This document shows, piece by piece, positions 8,078-16,802 of a DNA stretch of 33,255 bases; the first letter of the stretch is position 1; each line of letters opens with the position of its first letter. The position numbers and the translations under genes are program-made. The stretch is from a virus. Lineage: Duplodnaviria > Heunggongvirae > Uroviricota > Caudoviricetes. The DNA is taken from positions 64,001-97,255 of IMG/VR virus record IMGVR_UViG_3300028581_000022; one strand, written 5' to 3'. The notes under the pieces are model-generated. The model saw only the letters and a program-made list of their open reading frames with translations. It did no database searches and was not told the origin of the DNA.

Positions 8078-9341
8078 CTACAGAAAAATAGTTGAGAACG
8101 CACTTAAAAGTAACAGCAAACCTAAAACGTTAAATGAAAGCGTTTTATATCCAGAAGGTTTGACTGAGAGAATGCATCCAAAACTTGAAGAGGATTTGAT
8201 GATGAGAAAACATTCTTTGGGTAAACATCCTATTTTCCCAGAAGGTGACGAATCAATGTTTGAAGAAAAAATAATGGGAGAACGTTTTAAAGAAGTTGCC
8301 AATCGTTATAAGAGAGCTCACGATGTTGATGTAATAAATAAGGCTGATGTAATGAACGAAATGTTGCCTATGGTTTATGAAACTATGGGTATTGAAGCGA
8401 AGCACAAAAAAGCTTTGGAAGAATTGGCTGAGAAAATGATACGTGAAGAATTTGATATGAGTGAAGATGTTGTTGAAATACACGCTGAATTAACCTCAGA
8501 AATAAACATGGTTGGAACCAAAAAGAATCCAAAGCCTATGGCTGTTGAAGTTGAATTTGCGAACCATGATGAAATGGTTGGCGCAAATGAAGAAGTTTAT
8601 AAACGTAGGTTTATGAATGCAATGATACAAGGCGCTGCTAAAAAAACAAATCACATGTACCATATGGTTGATGATGAATTGACTGACTTGGACCCACGTT
8701 TACCAAACAAATATTCTAAAATGATGTCAGCAGCTGACTATATGTATTACATAATGCCAGCTATGGAAAACGGTGTTAACGGTGGTGTTGTTAGAGTTCA
8801 ATTTCCAACACAATCTAACCCTAAAGCTGTTATTTATGCACAAGCAATGGTATTCCCAGTGCTTATCCATGAACTAGTTAAAGGTGTTATGGAGCTCATA
8901 TCAGCACATGGTTTGCCAAAAGATAAAAGAATTGGTGAATATGTTATAAATAAAGCAGATTTCTTGGCTGCTGAACCATGGGATATGAGACTTGGGCCAG
9001 CATTATGGGGTCGTTTCACTTCAATGATTGACTCAGACGATTTTCATTTAAAACACCAAATTTATTGTGATTTGGCTTCTTTGCCAGTTAGAGAATTTAA
9101 CCCCAAAATGCGTGAAATTATGGCTGGAACAAAGGAAGGAAAAAACATAGTAGAAACCATTGTTAAAGAAATAAAAGCTTCTATGCAAGAAGACGAGTTC
9201 AATGAAGCAATGGACAAATTGGATAAAACAAATGAACCACAAACTGAAGAAAAATCAAGTTATAGATTTGATGAATTGTTTGGTGATGATATTGAATCGA
9301 ATGATACCAAAGAAGGTTATGATTTTGATGAGTTATTCTAA
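8070..9341 (+). CDS. Hypothetical, putative head-associated protein (423 aa)
   Basis: ATGAGTAA coupling with the upstream gene. N-terminal VEN/LNE motif and an acidic C-terminal tail; last gene before the terminator. Confidence 0.85.
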   Translation: MSNYRKIVENALKSNSKPKTLNESVLYPEGLTERMHPKLEEDLMMRKHSLGKHPIFPEGDESMFEEKIMGERFKEVANRYKRAHDVDVINKADVMNEMLPMVYETMGIEAKHKKALEELAEKMIREEFDMSEDVVEIHAELTSEINMVGTKKNPKPMAVEVEFANHDEMVGANEEVYKRRFMNAMIQGAAKKTNHMYHMVDDELTDLDPRLPNKYSKMMSAADYMYYIMPAMENGVNGGVVRVQFPTQSNPKAVIYAQAMVFPVLIHELVKGVMELISAHGLPKDKRIGEYVINKADFLAAEPWDMRLGPALWGRFTSMIDSDDFHLKHQIYCDLASLPVREFNPKMREIMAGTKEGKNIVETIVKEIKASMQEDEFNEAMDKLDKTNEPQTEEKSSYRFDELFGDDIESNDTKEGYDFDELF

Positions 9342-9367
9342 ATAAAGGCCCATTCTGGGCCTTTATT
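9341..9367 (+). terminator. Rho-independent terminator hairpin
   Basis: Perfect 12-bp inverted repeat AATAAAGGCCCA-ttc-TGGGCCTTTATT. Confidence 0.85.
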
Positions 9368-9378
9368 CTTTATTGGCA

Positions 9379-9386
9379 TATTTATA
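9379..9386 (+). promoter_or_regulatory. Putative phage late promoter core (TATTTATA)
   Basis: 11 nt before the terminase ATG, with CTTTA 13 nt upstream. Confidence 0.65.
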
Positions 9387-9397
9387 GATAAAATAAT

Positions 9398-11176
9398 ATG
9401 CTAAGTAGAGAAGAAATCTTTAAGGAATATGCAAAGTGTTTAACTAGTCCAATATACGCTATTGAGACTTATTTGGAGACATTTGATAAAACCCAAGAAG
9501 GTTTTGTACCATTTAAGTTATTTCCCAGACAAAAAGAAATCATACACGCATATCAAAAGCATAGATTTAATTTAGTTACAAAACCAAGACAGGCTGGTGT
9601 ATCTACCACAACAGCTGCTCATATGTCAATTAAAGTTAGTTTTGCTGACTCTGAAAATCCAGAAGCGGTTCTAATCATTGCGAACAAACAAGAATTGGCG
9701 TTTGAATTTTTGGCTAAAATTAAAGATTTTGTTTCACAATTACCAAGATGGGTTTGGGGAGCTGAATACTATGGTAATCAAAAAAATGAAGAAAAGTCAA
9801 TATTCCTTACTGACTCTAAAAAAGAAATAAAACTACCTAATGGTAGCCGTGTAAAAGCGGTGGCAACATCTAAAGATGCTTTGCGTGGTTTTACACCAAC
9901 TTATTTAATTATGGATGAAGCAGCATATATTGATAATGGTGCTGAGGTATTTGGTGCTGCTCTCACAGCACTTGGTACTGGTGGTCATTGTATATTAATT
10001 AGTACACCAAGAGGTATGGATGCTTTATATTACAAAACATACGACCAAGCTAGAAAAAAGGAAAACAATTTCAATATCATTGAAATGAAATGGTATGAAG
10101 ACTTGCGCTATAATAAAGATTTACGTTGGACTAAAGATGAGGTAACAGAACACGAGGTTGAATTTACCTTCGATTCTTACCAAAAAAGAATTTCAGAAGG
10201 TTGGAAACCAACATCTTCATGGTATGAAGAAATGTGTCGTGGTATGAACAATGACGCTAAGATGATTGCTCAAGAATTGGATGTTTCTTTTATTGGTTCT
10301 GGTGGAAACGTTATTGATGAACAGTATATCGAATATCAAAATAATTTTAACGTAAAGGAACCGTTGTATACAGCTGGGCCAGATGGTGACATTTGGATTT
10401 GGGCGGAACCTCAAGAAGGACATCAGTACATTTTAGCTTCCGATGTATCTAGAGGTGATGGTGAAGACTCATCTACAATGGTTATATTAGATTTTACAAC
10501 AATGGAACAAGTGGTTGAATATCAAGGCAAAATTCAACCAGATTTATTAGCACAAATAATTGAGGAATACGGAGATTTATATAAGGCTTATACAGTTGTT
10601 GATGCAACTGGTGGTATGGGTGTTTCTACTATTCTTAAATTATTAGAGTTTGGTTATAAAAGATTACATTATGATAATCAAAATGGAAAAATTTTGTCAA
10701 GTAGGCAAAGAGAGTTAAATAGTTTTAACAAAGATAATAAAATACCAGGATTTCATGCAACATCAGTTCGTTTACCAATGGTATCTAATTTGGAATTTAA
10801 AATTAGAACAGACGCTGTTAAAATTCGTTCAGTTAGAATGACGTCTGAAATGAAAACGTTTATTTATAAAAACGGTAGACCAGACCATATGGATGGTTAT
10901 CATGATGATTTGCTAATGGCTATGGCTATGTGTTTATGGGTTATTGAACATTCTTTTAAAAATCTAGAAAGATTAGAAAAACAAAATAAAGCGATGTTGA
11001 GTAGTTGGGTTGTTGGTTCACCAGCAACAAAGGAAGAGCCAGCATCTGGTAATTTTGTTAGCAAAGAAAACAGACATAAGGCGGCAACGCCAAAACCTAA
11101 ATTTAACCCAGCAATTTCTAAAAATATGCAAGACCCTTTAGGGCAATACATGTGGTTATTTAACGGAATGAGATAA
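9398..11176 (+). CDS. terL: Terminase large subunit (T4 gp17-like)
   Basis: Walker A region KPRQAGVST, Walker B LIMDEAAYI, motif III ISTPRG, and RNase H-like nuclease motifs LASDVSRGDGEDSS and HDDLLMA. Confidence 0.96.
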   Translation: MLSREEIFKEYAKCLTSPIYAIETYLETFDKTQEGFVPFKLFPRQKEIIHAYQKHRFNLVTKPRQAGVSTTTAAHMSIKVSFADSENPEAVLIIANKQELAFEFLAKIKDFVSQLPRWVWGAEYYGNQKNEEKSIFLTDSKKEIKLPNGSRVKAVATSKDALRGFTPTYLIMDEAAYIDNGAEVFGAALTALGTGGHCILISTPRGMDALYYKTYDQARKKENNFNIIEMKWYEDLRYNKDLRWTKDEVTEHEVEFTFDSYQKRISEGWKPTSSWYEEMCRGMNNDAKMIAQELDVSFIGSGGNVIDEQYIEYQNNFNVKEPLYTAGPDGDIWIWAEPQEGHQYILASDVSRGDGEDSSTMVILDFTTMEQVVEYQGKIQPDLLAQIIEEYGDLYKAYTVVDATGGMGVSTILKLLEFGYKRLHYDNQNGKILSSRQRELNSFNKDNKIPGFHATSVRLPMVSNLEFKIRTDAVKIRSVRMTSEMKTFIYKNGRPDHMDGYHDDLLMAMAMCLWVIEHSFKNLERLEKQNKAMLSSWVVGSPATKEEPASGNFVSKENRHKAATPKPKFNPAISKNMQDPLGQYMWLFNGMR

Positions 11177-11187
11177 ATCTAAATAAA

Positions 11188-11421
11188 ATGGCAAAAAAAG
11201 TATTTATTTTAAAAACTTACGGTGTTGAACTTTACAAATGGTCACCTATTGAAACTAATGTTAGGAAAAACCAAAACATTCAAAAAAAACCATATTACTG
11301 TAATGCAACGGCTGGGTCTCAAGGTCAGGATTGGATAACTAATTATGTTTATACTTTATCTGTTAGCCCAATAGGTGAGCAAGAAAGATTAGCATATGTA
11401 GAATGTGATTACGTACAGTAA
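11188..11421 (+). CDS. Hypothetical protein (77 aa)
   Basis: ORF between terL and the portal gene with an A-rich start context. Confidence 0.7.
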   Translation: MAKKVFILKTYGVELYKWSPIETNVRKNQNIQKKPYYCNATAGSQGQDWITNYVYTLSVSPIGEQERLAYVECDYVQ

Positions 11422-11467
11422 TCTTTATTTTTTAGAATTAAAACTTACATTATAAAAAAATAATATT

Positions 11468-14400
11468 ATGGCAGAAAATAGAAATTTAACTATATTTCAA
11501 AGATTAGGGCAAATTTTAGGTCCTGATTCGGCAAAATTAAAACAAAGTCAACCGCAACCACAACGTTACAATATGGGTAACGATGTATTGCTTAAAACAG
11601 ACAGCAAGGCTGACTTTGAAAGAGCTAAACTACAAACACAACAAAACAAATATTTGTCTCAAATGTGGAAAAAGGTTGAAAGCGGCCTTTTTCAACAATC
11701 AATAAACTATGAAACAACTCGTATTGGTTCGTATTCTGATTTTGAAGCAATGGAATTTTACCCAATAATTGCAGCTGCTTTGGATATCATGGCAGAAGAG
11801 TCAACGACTCTTAGTGATAAAGGTAAAGTACTTAATGTTTATTCAGATAGCAGTCGTGTTAAAGGTATCTTAGAAGATTTGTTTTTCAACAGATTAGATA
11901 TTCACACATCTTTACCAATGTGGACTAGAAATACACCTATCAGAGAAAACAGTGTTATACCATTATTAGATGGTACTGAGGTAACTATTAAAGAACTTTC
12001 TAATAGAGTTAAATCTGGTGAAGAAATATGGTCATACGCTATACAAGATGGTACCAAAGCAATTGTACCAAGTAAAATAATATGGTGTGACCTTACTAGA
12101 AAAGATTCTGAATTATATCGTGTTACTCTTGATGATGGTACGCACATTGACACAACCCCAGACCACGAATATATGCTTAGAGACGGTTCATTCAAAAGAG
12201 CTGATGAATTAACCAAAGGTCAGTCATTGATGCCTTTTTATACTAGAAAAAGTGAAAAGAAAAAAGATTGTATCGTAGGCTATGAAAAAATTTATAACCC
12301 TAACACAACTAAATATAGATTTACACATTCTTTAGTTGCACATGAATGTGTTAGAGATTCAAATTATGAAACTTCGGTTGGATGTCAATTTGATACACAT
12401 CATGCTGATTTTAATAAATTAAATAATCACCCTAGTAATTTAGTTAGATTAACCCATTCTGACCATTTTAAATTACATGTTGACCATTTTGATAAAATAT
12501 TAGGTTCGCCAGAAGTTATCAAAAAACGTATGGAAGGTATCGATAAATATTTACGTTCAGATGAAAGAAGAGAACGTTTAAGTGTTGAAATGTCTGGTAT
12601 CTATCCTAAATATTTTGAAGCATATAATAATTCTGATTTACATACAGAACATAATGAGATTCGTTCAAAAGGTATGTTATCAAATTGGAAAAATAGAGAA
12701 TTTATAGAACAAACCAAAAAAGGTATGACTATAGAAATTACTGATACTTGTTTTGACTATATTTCAAATATAATAAAAAATAACGAAAACTATGTTGGTG
12801 TTAATAAATTATCTGAATTGCTTAAAAATGATTCTGAATTTATTAATTTATTTAAAGAAGGTTATTCATTAAGAAAAGACATAGCAAAATCTATTAACCC
12901 AACTACTTTAACTAAAGTATTATTTAGAAAAACAAACCAAAATTATTTTGATTTTGTGTTGTCAATTAAACCAAGTTTGGTGATTGACAAGTCATATATA
13001 AAAGCTAAAGCAATCTATCTAGGAAAAACCAAAGAAAAGACCTTATTAAATCATAAAGTTGTTTCTATTGTTAAATTAAATGAAACATCCGATGTTTATT
13101 GTTTGGAAGCTGTTGGTCCTAACGGTGAGCATGATAGACATAATTTCCCAGTCTTAGGTAAAGATGTAAACGATTTATACTCAAGGACTTCTGGTGTATT
13201 TTTGTCCAACTGTAAATATGGTGACAACTTTGTGTTTTTGAATATTGATGACGTGCATGGTGTTACTGGCGCTAAACAAATGCCAAACTATGAAATGGAA
13301 AGAAGAGAAAGTGGTTTATTTGATATGATTACTGGTAGGGAAACACCAAATGCAAATGTAGCAGTTGCAGACAAAGTTAAATTTTACTGGAGAGGCCGTG
13401 ATGTTGAGTTTAATTCATGGCAAATTGCTCACTTTAGATTAACTGGTGATGACAGACGTTTACCATATGGTACTTCAATTTTGGAAAAGGCTAGACGTAT
13501 TTGGAAACAGCTTATCTTATCTGAAGATTCTATGTTGGTTTATCGTGTAACTCGTGCGCCAGAAAGACGTGTTTATAAAATATACGTTGGTAATATCGAT
13601 GATGCTGATGTACCAGCATACGTAAATGAAATTGCTGATAGATTTAAGAGAATTCCAATTACTGACCCACAAACTGGCCAAATGGACCTTAGATATAATC
13701 AATTATCTAACGACCAAGACTTCTTTATTCCAGTTCGTTCTGAAGATGCACCAAATCCTATTGACACACTTCCAGGTGCTAGCAACTTAGACCAAATTGC
13801 TGATATTGAATATTTGAGAAATAATTTATTTACAGCTTTGCGTGTACCAAAACCATTTTTAGGTTTTGATGAAGCAACTGGTGAAGGTAAAAACCTTGCT
13901 TTGCAAGACATTCGTTTTTCTAGAACCATAAACAGAATTCAGCAATCAATGCTTCAAGAGCTTAATAAGATTGCGATTATTCATTTGTATTTGTTAGGTT
14001 TTGATGAGGACTTTGATAACTTTACACTTACACTTAACAATCCATCTACTCAAGCTGAGATGCTTAAAATTGAACACACTCAATCTAAAGTAACACTTTA
14101 TAAAGATGCTGTGTCTGATGCTGGTAATGGATTTGCAGCTATGTCAATGACTAGAGCTAAACGAGATATATTAGGAATGTCTGATGACGAAATCAAAAAA
14201 GATTTGCTTGAACAAAGACTTGAAAAAGCAGCTGCTGCTGAATTGGCTAATTCTTCTAACGTAATCAAACATACTGGTATGTTTGATATAGTTGACAGAG
14301 TATATGGTGACATAAAATCAGCACTTAAAGGTGATGGAGAAGGCGGAGAAGCCGCTAGTGGGGAAAAAGGTGCTACAACCACAAGTGGTGGTGGTGGTGG

Positions 14401-14824
14401 TGGATTAGGCGGTTCATTTGGTGGTGGAGGCGTAGGTGGTGAAGACCTAGATTTTGGTGGTGACGAAGAAGGTGAAGGTGAAGCTGCTACTGAAGCTGGT
14501 GCTGAAGCTGAAGCTGGTGCTGAGATAGGTGGTGCTGAAGAAGATGCTACTGAGGCTGGCGCTGAAGAGGCTGCACCAACTGAAGTAACAGAATCAGTTA
14601 AAAAAATTGACAAGCTATTGAAAGAACAAAAAAGATTATTGACCAAGAAATTAGATGATAGAACCAAAAAATATAAAGGTAGATTTGTTGACGCTTTGTT
14701 AGACTCTATCATACCAACAAAAAAAGAGATTAACGAGAGAGTTAAAATTTACGATAAAAACGTAAAAATAAACAAAGATGTTGATGATATGATAAACGGC
14801 ATTGATAAAATGTTGGGTGAGTAG
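11468..14824 (+). CDS. gp20: Portal protein (T4 gp20-like) precursor containing an intein; predicted spliced length 693 aa
   Basis: Portal motifs IAAALDIMAEEST, WTRNT|CKYGDNF, RARRIWKQL.L.EDSMLVYRVTRAPERRVYKIYVGN, QDFFIPVR, IDTLPG, IADIEY, LRVPK.FLG and QDIRFSRTINRIQ. Confidence 0.95.
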   Translation: MAENRNLTIFQRLGQILGPDSAKLKQSQPQPQRYNMGNDVLLKTDSKADFERAKLQTQQNKYLSQMWKKVESGLFQQSINYETTRIGSYSDFEAMEFYPIIAAALDIMAEESTTLSDKGKVLNVYSDSSRVKGILEDLFFNRLDIHTSLPMWTRNTPIRENSVIPLLDGTEVTIKELSNRVKSGEEIWSYAIQDGTKAIVPSKIIWCDLTRKDSELYRVTLDDGTHIDTTPDHEYMLRDGSFKRADELTKGQSLMPFYTRKSEKKKDCIVGYEKIYNPNTTKYRFTHSLVAHECVRDSNYETSVGCQFDTHHADFNKLNNHPSNLVRLTHSDHFKLHVDHFDKILGSPEVIKKRMEGIDKYLRSDERRERLSVEMSGIYPKYFEAYNNSDLHTEHNEIRSKGMLSNWKNREFIEQTKKGMTIEITDTCFDYISNIIKNNENYVGVNKLSELLKNDSEFINLFKEGYSLRKDIAKSINPTTLTKVLFRKTNQNYFDFVLSIKPSLVIDKSYIKAKAIYLGKTKEKTLLNHKVVSIVKLNETSDVYCLEAVGPNGEHDRHNFPVLGKDVNDLYSRTSGVFLSNCKYGDNFVFLNIDDVHGVTGAKQMPNYEMERRESGLFDMITGRETPNANVAVADKVKFYWRGRDVEFNSWQIAHFRLTGDDRRLPYGTSILEKARRIWKQLILSEDSMLVYRVTRAPERRVYKIYVGNIDDADVPAYVNEIADRFKRIPITDPQTGQMDLRYNQLSNDQDFFIPVRSEDAPNPIDTLPGASNLDQIADIEYLRNNLFTALRVPKPFLGFDEATGEGKNLALQDIRFSRTINRIQQSMLQELNKIAIIHLYLLGFDEDFDNFTLTLNNPSTQAEMLKIEHTQSKVTLYKDAVSDAGNGFAAMSMTRAKRDILGMSDDEIKKDLLEQRLEKAAAAELANSSNVIKHTGMFDIVDRVYGDIKSALKGDGEGGEAASGEKGATTTSGGGGGGLGGSFGGGGVGGEDLDFGGDEEGEGEAATEAGAEAEAGAEIGGAEEDATEAGAEEAAPTEVTESVKKIDKLLKEQKRLLTKKLDDRTKKYKGRFVDALLDSIIPTKKEINERVKIYDKNVKINKDVDDMINGIDKMLGE
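11936..13210 (+). mobile_element. Intein (425 aa) with an HNH homing endonuclease; Pro at position 1 and Cys in block F (class-3-like)
   Basis: Block A-like PIRENSVIPLLDG, block B TTPDHEY, HNH motif THHADFNKLNNHPSNLVRLTHSDHFKLH, block F DVYCLEA and the C-terminal junction FLSN|C. Removing it restores WTRNTCKYGD. Confidence 0.9.
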
Positions 14825-14846
14825 ACTCTTTTACATAAAATAACAA

Positions 14847-14854
14847 TATTTATT
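14847..14854 (+). promoter_or_regulatory. Putative phage late promoter core (TATTTATT)
   Basis: 15 nt before ATG 14870, with CTTTT 14 nt upstream (14828-14832). Confidence 0.6.
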
Positions 14855-14869
14855 AAGTAAAATAGAACC

Positions 14870-15661
14870 ATGACAAATTTAACTAAAATAACAAAAAATT
14901 TCGGTAATATAAAAAGTGTTTACAACACACTTTTATCCGAAAGCGTTATGTCAGAGGACAAATCAAAAAAAGAGTTATTTAAAAACTATGTTAAGTCTTT
15001 AAAAGAAAACGAAATACTTAAAACACAATTTTTGGTTTATACTAACATTGAACAGAAAGTAGAGAAAGATATCAATAAGGCCAGTATGTTTGTAAAAGAG
15101 AATATTGATTTGTTTTCTAAATACAATAAAAAAGACATATTTGAAGCAAATTCAAAATTGGTGCTTGACCTTTTATTTGAAAAAGACATAGAAGATGATA
15201 AAAAAGACTTATACGAAAGTATTTCTACTCTTATCTTCACAGAAAAAACACCAGAATCAATTGATAAAATAGTTGAAGCGACTAGCAAAATAGTTGATTA
15301 CATCGTTAACAACAACGAGAAAGTAATTACTGAAAGCATAGAATTACCGAATAGCATGTTGACAACCATAATGGTTGACAAGTATAATCAAAAATACAGT
15401 ACTCTAGACGAATCAGAAAAACAAATTATAAAAGTATTGATTGAATCAACTGATGATGAAAAGAAAGAAGTTTATGGTAAAGTTGTTAGAGAGTGTATTG
15501 ATTTGATTAACGAAAAACTAAAGGATTCTGACTTGGAAACAAAAGATAAACTATTACAAGTAAAAGATAGATTACTGAGTGACAAACAAGAAATAAATGA
15601 AGAATTCATAAAGAATGTTTCTAAACTTGTTGAGCTTAGAAGTAGTTTAAAAGAAAACTAA
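14870..15661 (+). CDS. Helical hypothetical protein, probably head morphogenesis
   Basis: 263-aa charged, helical ORF directly after the portal gene. Function inferred from position only. Confidence 0.8.
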   Translation: MTNLTKITKNFGNIKSVYNTLLSESVMSEDKSKKELFKNYVKSLKENEILKTQFLVYTNIEQKVEKDINKASMFVKENIDLFSKYNKKDIFEANSKLVLDLLFEKDIEDDKKDLYESISTLIFTEKTPESIDKIVEATSKIVDYIVNNNEKVITESIELPNSMLTTIMVDKYNQKYSTLDESEKQIIKVLIESTDDEKKEVYGKVVRECIDLINEKLKDSDLETKDKLLQVKDRLLSDKQEINEEFIKNVSKLVELRSSLKEN

Positions 15662-15664
15662 AAA

Positions 15665-15898
15665 ATGGCATCACACAAAATACCTAGTGAAAATATCTTA
15701 AAGTTAAGAGAATTAACAGAAAAGATTTGCAATAGAACTCCTAATGATGAACACTATGCAATATTAAAAGAACTAAAAGACATTATTGATGATGGTAAAG
15801 AAGAGGTTTCTAATTTAAAAACAACAACATCTAAGATAAAGTGTTACGAAAAAATGTGTGTAAAGATAACGAATATACTAAACAACGTTAAATTATAG
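15665..15898 (+). CDS. Hypothetical protein (77 aa)
   Basis: Closely spaced co-oriented ORF. Confidence 0.7.
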   Translation: MASHKIPSENILKLRELTEKICNRTPNDEHYAILKELKDIIDDGKEEVSNLKTTTSKIKCYEKMCVKITNILNNVKL

Positions 15899-15900
15899 TC

Positions 15901-16239
15901 ATGGCTGATGAAACAGGAACTTGGGGTGATTACAGTAAGCTTGTTTTAAAAGAACTTGAGAGGCTTAATGATAATTATGACAGAATGAGGACTGATATGG
16001 ACAGTCGTTTTTCTGAATTAAATCAAAAGCTTACCGAAGTTAAAAATGTTGAGGGTAAAGTAGAAACTCATGCCAAATGGATTGAAAAAGTTAATGATGT
16101 TTGGTCCGCATCCCAGATGAAAGAAGCCAAAGATGAAATTTACAAACAAAAGAATCGTTGGGCTGCCGCTATAGCTATTATTACTTTTGTTCAAATTGCA
16201 ATTGGTATTGCAATTGCTTTGTGGGGTAACTTAAAATAG
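15901..16239 (+). CDS. Coiled-coil protein with a C-terminal transmembrane helix (XhlA/holin-like architecture)
   Basis: Heptad-like charged region followed by hydrophobic WAAAIAIITFVQIAIGIAIALWG. Confidence 0.7.
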   Translation: MADETGTWGDYSKLVLKELERLNDNYDRMRTDMDSRFSELNQKLTEVKNVEGKVETHAKWIEKVNDVWSASQMKEAKDEIYKQKNRWAAAIAIITFVQIAIGIAIALWGNLK

Positions 16240-16242
16240 CCA

Positions 16243-16274
16243 CTTGACACATTCATTTTTTTTCATTATACTTG
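16243..16274 (+). promoter_or_regulatory. Host-sigma promoter
   Basis: TTGACA(16244-49)-N17-TATACT(16267-72). It also reads as CTTG-N20-TATACTTG, one mismatch from the Bacteroidota -7 element TAnnTTTG. Confidence 0.75.
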
Positions 16275-16296
16275 TGTTATAAAAACCAGGTAAAAT

Positions 16297-16731
16297 ATGA
16301 AAACAGGTAAAGAAATTAAATCAACCATTTTTAAGGATTTCAATGTAATTTTTGGAAGTGTAAACAATAAGAACTCAAAGTCAGTTTACTTAAATATTTC
16401 TTCTTGGGCTGAGCCCAAAGACGATTGTGATGAAAACTACAATAGAGCGATTAGAAATTTAAATAAAAAAGTAAAACAAGTATTATTTAGTTATTCATCT
16501 AATTTAGATTTTAACAAAGAAATGACAATTGTTGATTTAGATTTGAGAGAATCTGGAATAAGAAAAGGAAAGAGAAGTTTCATGAGCTGTGAAACAACAT
16601 TTTATTTAAATGTTATAAAGCCAGTTAATACTGAAGAAATGAAAGAAAATTTAAATAAACTAGCCGAAGTATTAATTGAAGAAGTTTTTAAAAAGTGTAA
16701 TACATTTGACTTTCATAAAAGAAAAAGATAA
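16297..16731 (+). CDS. Hypothetical protein (144 aa), own transcription unit
   Basis: ORF flanked by a host-type promoter and a terminator. Confidence 0.8.
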   Translation: MKTGKEIKSTIFKDFNVIFGSVNNKNSKSVYLNISSWAEPKDDCDENYNRAIRNLNKKVKQVLFSYSSNLDFNKEMTIVDLDLRESGIRKGKRSFMSCETTFYLNVIKPVNTEEMKENLNKLAEVLIEEVFKKCNTFDFHKRKR

Positions 16732-16735
16732 AAAC

Positions 16736-16765
16736 AAACCCTAGAAATAAATCTAGGGTTTTTTT
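16736..16765 (+). terminator. Rho-independent terminator
   Basis: AAACCCTAGA-aataaa-TCTAGGGTTT followed by a T run. Confidence 0.88.
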
Positions 16766-16777
16766 GTTTGTATACGA

Positions 16778-16785
16778 TATTTATA
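16778..16785 (+). promoter_or_regulatory. Putative phage late promoter core (TATTTATA)
   Basis: 17 nt before ATG 16803. Confidence 0.65.
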
Positions 16786-16802
16786 TCTATAAGCTAGCAA
16801 AT

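Noticed and set aside
8860-8915. HELVK in ORF 8070 as a zincin metalloprotease motif
   Set aside because: The second His of HExxH is absent (Lys), and there is no other supporting motif.
14098-14712. Long antisense ORFs (also 7627-8103, 30755-31255, 11902-12216 and the other short opposite-strand ORFs)
   Set aside because: These are shadows of well-supported genes on the other strand, with low-complexity or implausible composition and no promoter or start context.
16764-16802. ORF-track starts at 16764, 5018 and 28921
   Set aside because: They overlap a terminator, an upstream gene or a promoter motif; the downstream ATGs at 16803, 5078 and 28906 fit better.
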